A program made the position numbers and the translations under genes. From Macrostomum lignano (Eukaryota): DNA of 64,000 nucleotides. Location of the stretch: the NCBI GenBank assembly GCA_002269645.1, contig NIVC01000001.1, positions 620,001 through 684,000 of the forward strand. The letters are read 5' to 3'. Shown one piece after another: positions 61,260 to 64,000 of this stretch. Position 1 is the first letter of the stretch; each line of letters starts with the position of its first letter. A model generated the notes under the pieces. It saw only the letters and a list, made by a program, of their open reading frames with translations. It ran no database searches and was not told where the DNA came from.

Positions 61260-63826
61260 CGGTTCAGAACTGTGTTAGGCACTATGTTAGGCAGGCCTAT
61301 AAGGAGGCTCTTCATATTGCTTGTTCTGGTTCTAGCTAGAACCAGAACCAATTTGTAAAGTATAACTTTTTGTCTCCTTAACTAGGCCTAGTGGGATATC
61401 GATGCCAAGAAAAAAGTGAAAAATTGTGCAAAGTGAGGCTGTTAAGGCAGTCAAATATTAGCAGAGTTAAATAGTTATACTGCTGTTTTTCTTGGAAGAT
61501 CCGAACCGATTCTGGTTCTGGAATTGGTAATGTGAAGAGGCTTAAGGACAACTAAGTAGTAGCCAGCAGGCCTACTAGCGACTTATTTTGAACCTGGAAT
61601 TTATATGGATTTAATTATGACGTTTCCTGTAAAGGCTAGAATATTTAAATAACTTTAATTCTTTCATTTTCCTACAGATAAGTCATAGTTCCAGATAATT
61701 TTTTTGCTTTGGAACCAATTCTTATGACAAGGTTAATAAAACAACAGTCATGCTCAGGCATGCTCTTACAGGTCTGCATGTGACAAGATATTAGCTCGAT
61801 ATCAACCCAATTGACCTGCTTTCGCAGATATTACCGACTGTTAAGAAATAGAACATTAAATTTTTATTAAGTTATTTGCTCACCATTTAGTCAAATTCAG
61901 TCAAAAATGGCGAAATAAATTGAACTTTAAAATCTTACAATTTGTTTTATTTATATGCCGTGGTAACTATTTGAATTACCTATTTTCTACGATTTTACCC
62001 TTGAAATATTGAAAGCATGAAGGAATTAACCATGGCCCATTATCTTGCCTTTGATTATTACTGAAAAGACTTTAGCTCATCATTAAGAAAATTAACCCTC
62101 GATGAATTTTAAACGAAGCTCGATTTTTGTTGTCATCACTCTTAAAAAAACTTACTTGTACTTGTATGAATATGAATTCATATTTCTAGGCTTTATACAG
62201 CCTATATGTTACTAAGTAACATATGTCCTTAGTAAGAAGAATATGAAAAGGAGCTGGCTTTTTGTCATATGCCTACATTATTGTTTAAAATGTCTCTAAA
62301 ATATTCAAAAAGTTACTTTACTCTTTAAAAAACTGGTTTTAAACACTAGAATTTCATTTTTAGTTGATCTCAATATAATTTACTTCCATGTTGTAAACTA
62401 AAATTACCTATTACTTAATCACACTTTGTTGCATCGAAAACTGATGTCAGTTAATTAATACTATAAATTTTATGAAAATTAACTTATTATATTCTTTGGA
62501 CAATAAGTTGTAGTCAATTTAATTTAAATGTAGTGTCCGATTTTGCCTCTTAGAGATTGCCACAATTGTTAGAGTAGTAAACAAAAGGACATACTGATTT
62601 GCTGTTATACTGCTAAACATGAAGATTTGTAGGCATTTATATTAATAAATTGTCGTTAAAATATTATTATTAACATTCGATTTATACATTCAAATTCTTA
62701 GTTCGCACGTTGTACAAGTACAAGAGACTTTAATTATAGGTGGACTCTATTACCAATAACAAAAACAATCTTTATGTTACACTGCGGTCTGCATATGATT
62801 ATTTATTTGGAATGCTATTGAGTTACTCTGCAATATTAATTATTAATCAAAGGTTCAAAAAACATTTTAAGACTGCTTAAAAGCACTGAGTTTTTTGTGT
62901 CTGTCTGCAACTGACGTAGCAGTTGATTCCTCCAAGACAGTAGGAAGGAGACGCACAACTTCCCCATCTTATAATCCATTAGCCAAATCCTAGACAATGA
63001 AATTCGATACGGACTAGAAGATTAATTGAATGCAGCAGTTCGTAAGTAATACTGAAAGAAGAACGCGTACTGTCAATTTGAATTTGAACGGCTAATTTAT
63101 TTTTCAGGTCAGTATATATAATTGATAGCTGGCCAAACCTTATCGACAAATCATCAGCAACACTAAATTAAGCCATTTTTTCTCGCAGTGCAAGAAGAAC
63201 ACAAAACTAACGTGTGCAGCATGTATTCGCACGCCAAAACCAGGGGGACTGCGGACCCCCTTGCTTCGCCTGATTCTCCTATTTAGGGCGAAAGTTCCCA
63301 TTGGCTAGCTGGCACAATTGGCCGGCACAGCGGCTTGGTTCCCTATCCCCCCACTCGTCATTCTTTTCTATTTTCCCCTCTCTCCCTCTTCCACTCCCCC
63401 ATTCCAACAGACCCTTCACTTCCCTCTGTCTGTCTTTGGCTTCACCTCGTTCTATTTCGCCAGCGAAGGAGGAAGAGTGCAGTAGCGGCTCCCCATCGCC
63501 CCGGCACCGACCGCTTCGGCAGCCAAACGCGTCCAGGCTTCAACCCCCAGCCAAGCCAAGCTTCTAAAAGCAATATTGCTGCCACTTCCTTGGCTCTATT
63601 TTTCTTCTTTCAAAACTCTCTCTCTCTCTCCCTCTCACCCTTCCATTCCCTGCCAAACTGCCTCCCCCCCATTACAGCCAGTTGCTCTTGCCCAACCCCA
63701 AGCAGCCCTCCCACCCGAAAAGACGGAGCAATTTACCCCCGCTCAAGCAGACGGCCAGTAGCGATCAAGAATTGCATAAGCTACACTTGAGCTTGAGTTG
63801 CTGCCATAGACTACTAGTTAGCTCAC

Positions 63827-64000
63827 TTGCTCAGGCCTGTATAGCAACCCCGCACTGCACCACTCCAGCGGCATCGAAGCCAATCCTTCACGGCCTCGGC
63901 TGCTGCTGAAGCCGGCGACGGTGCCATCATGTCGGAAATTCGGCGAACCATCCAGCAGAGGCTCGTGTCGCCGCTGCTGTCTCAGCACCAACAGCAGCAA
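63827..64000 (-). CDS. Possible coding exon of an unidentified gene running off the window end
   Basis: GC-rich, one open frame ending at a gtgagc donor (63826); no recognisable motif. Confidence 0.25.

Overview
Eukaryotic (animal) genomic DNA with GC-rich exons and minisatellite-filled introns. The style suggests a free-living flatworm such as Macrostomum lignano; this is inference from composition only. Seven spliced genes could be assembled by hand with phase-consistent GT-AG junctions: TDH (-), a RING/coiled-coil/NHL protein (+, head-to-head with TDH), a Src42A/FRK-like kinase (-), PGAM5 (-), a PRELID1-like gene (-), NTE/swiss-cheese (PNPLA6/7) (-), and a USP4/11/15-like protein (-). The highlights are four. 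(1) A nearly intact 4.7-kb Ingi-type non-LTR retrotransposon (13624-18326; 11-bp TSD) carries a candidate HDV-like ribozyme at its 5' end and a virus-like 2A peptide (DIETNPG|P), followed by three PHD fingers, APE, RT and RNase H. It is inserted exactly on a splice donor of the Src gene. (2) The USP gene has an intact reading frame but lacks both the catalytic Cys and His (pseudo-deubiquitinase). (3) Four same-strand genes each have a 3' splice acceptor just before the ATG, which is operon/trans-splicing-like. (4) A sharply bounded 3.1-kb CpG desert lies at 58.1-61.3 kb. Most long ORFs in the supplied track that cross tandem arrays are artefacts. Exon coordinates were read by eye and may be off by a few bases.
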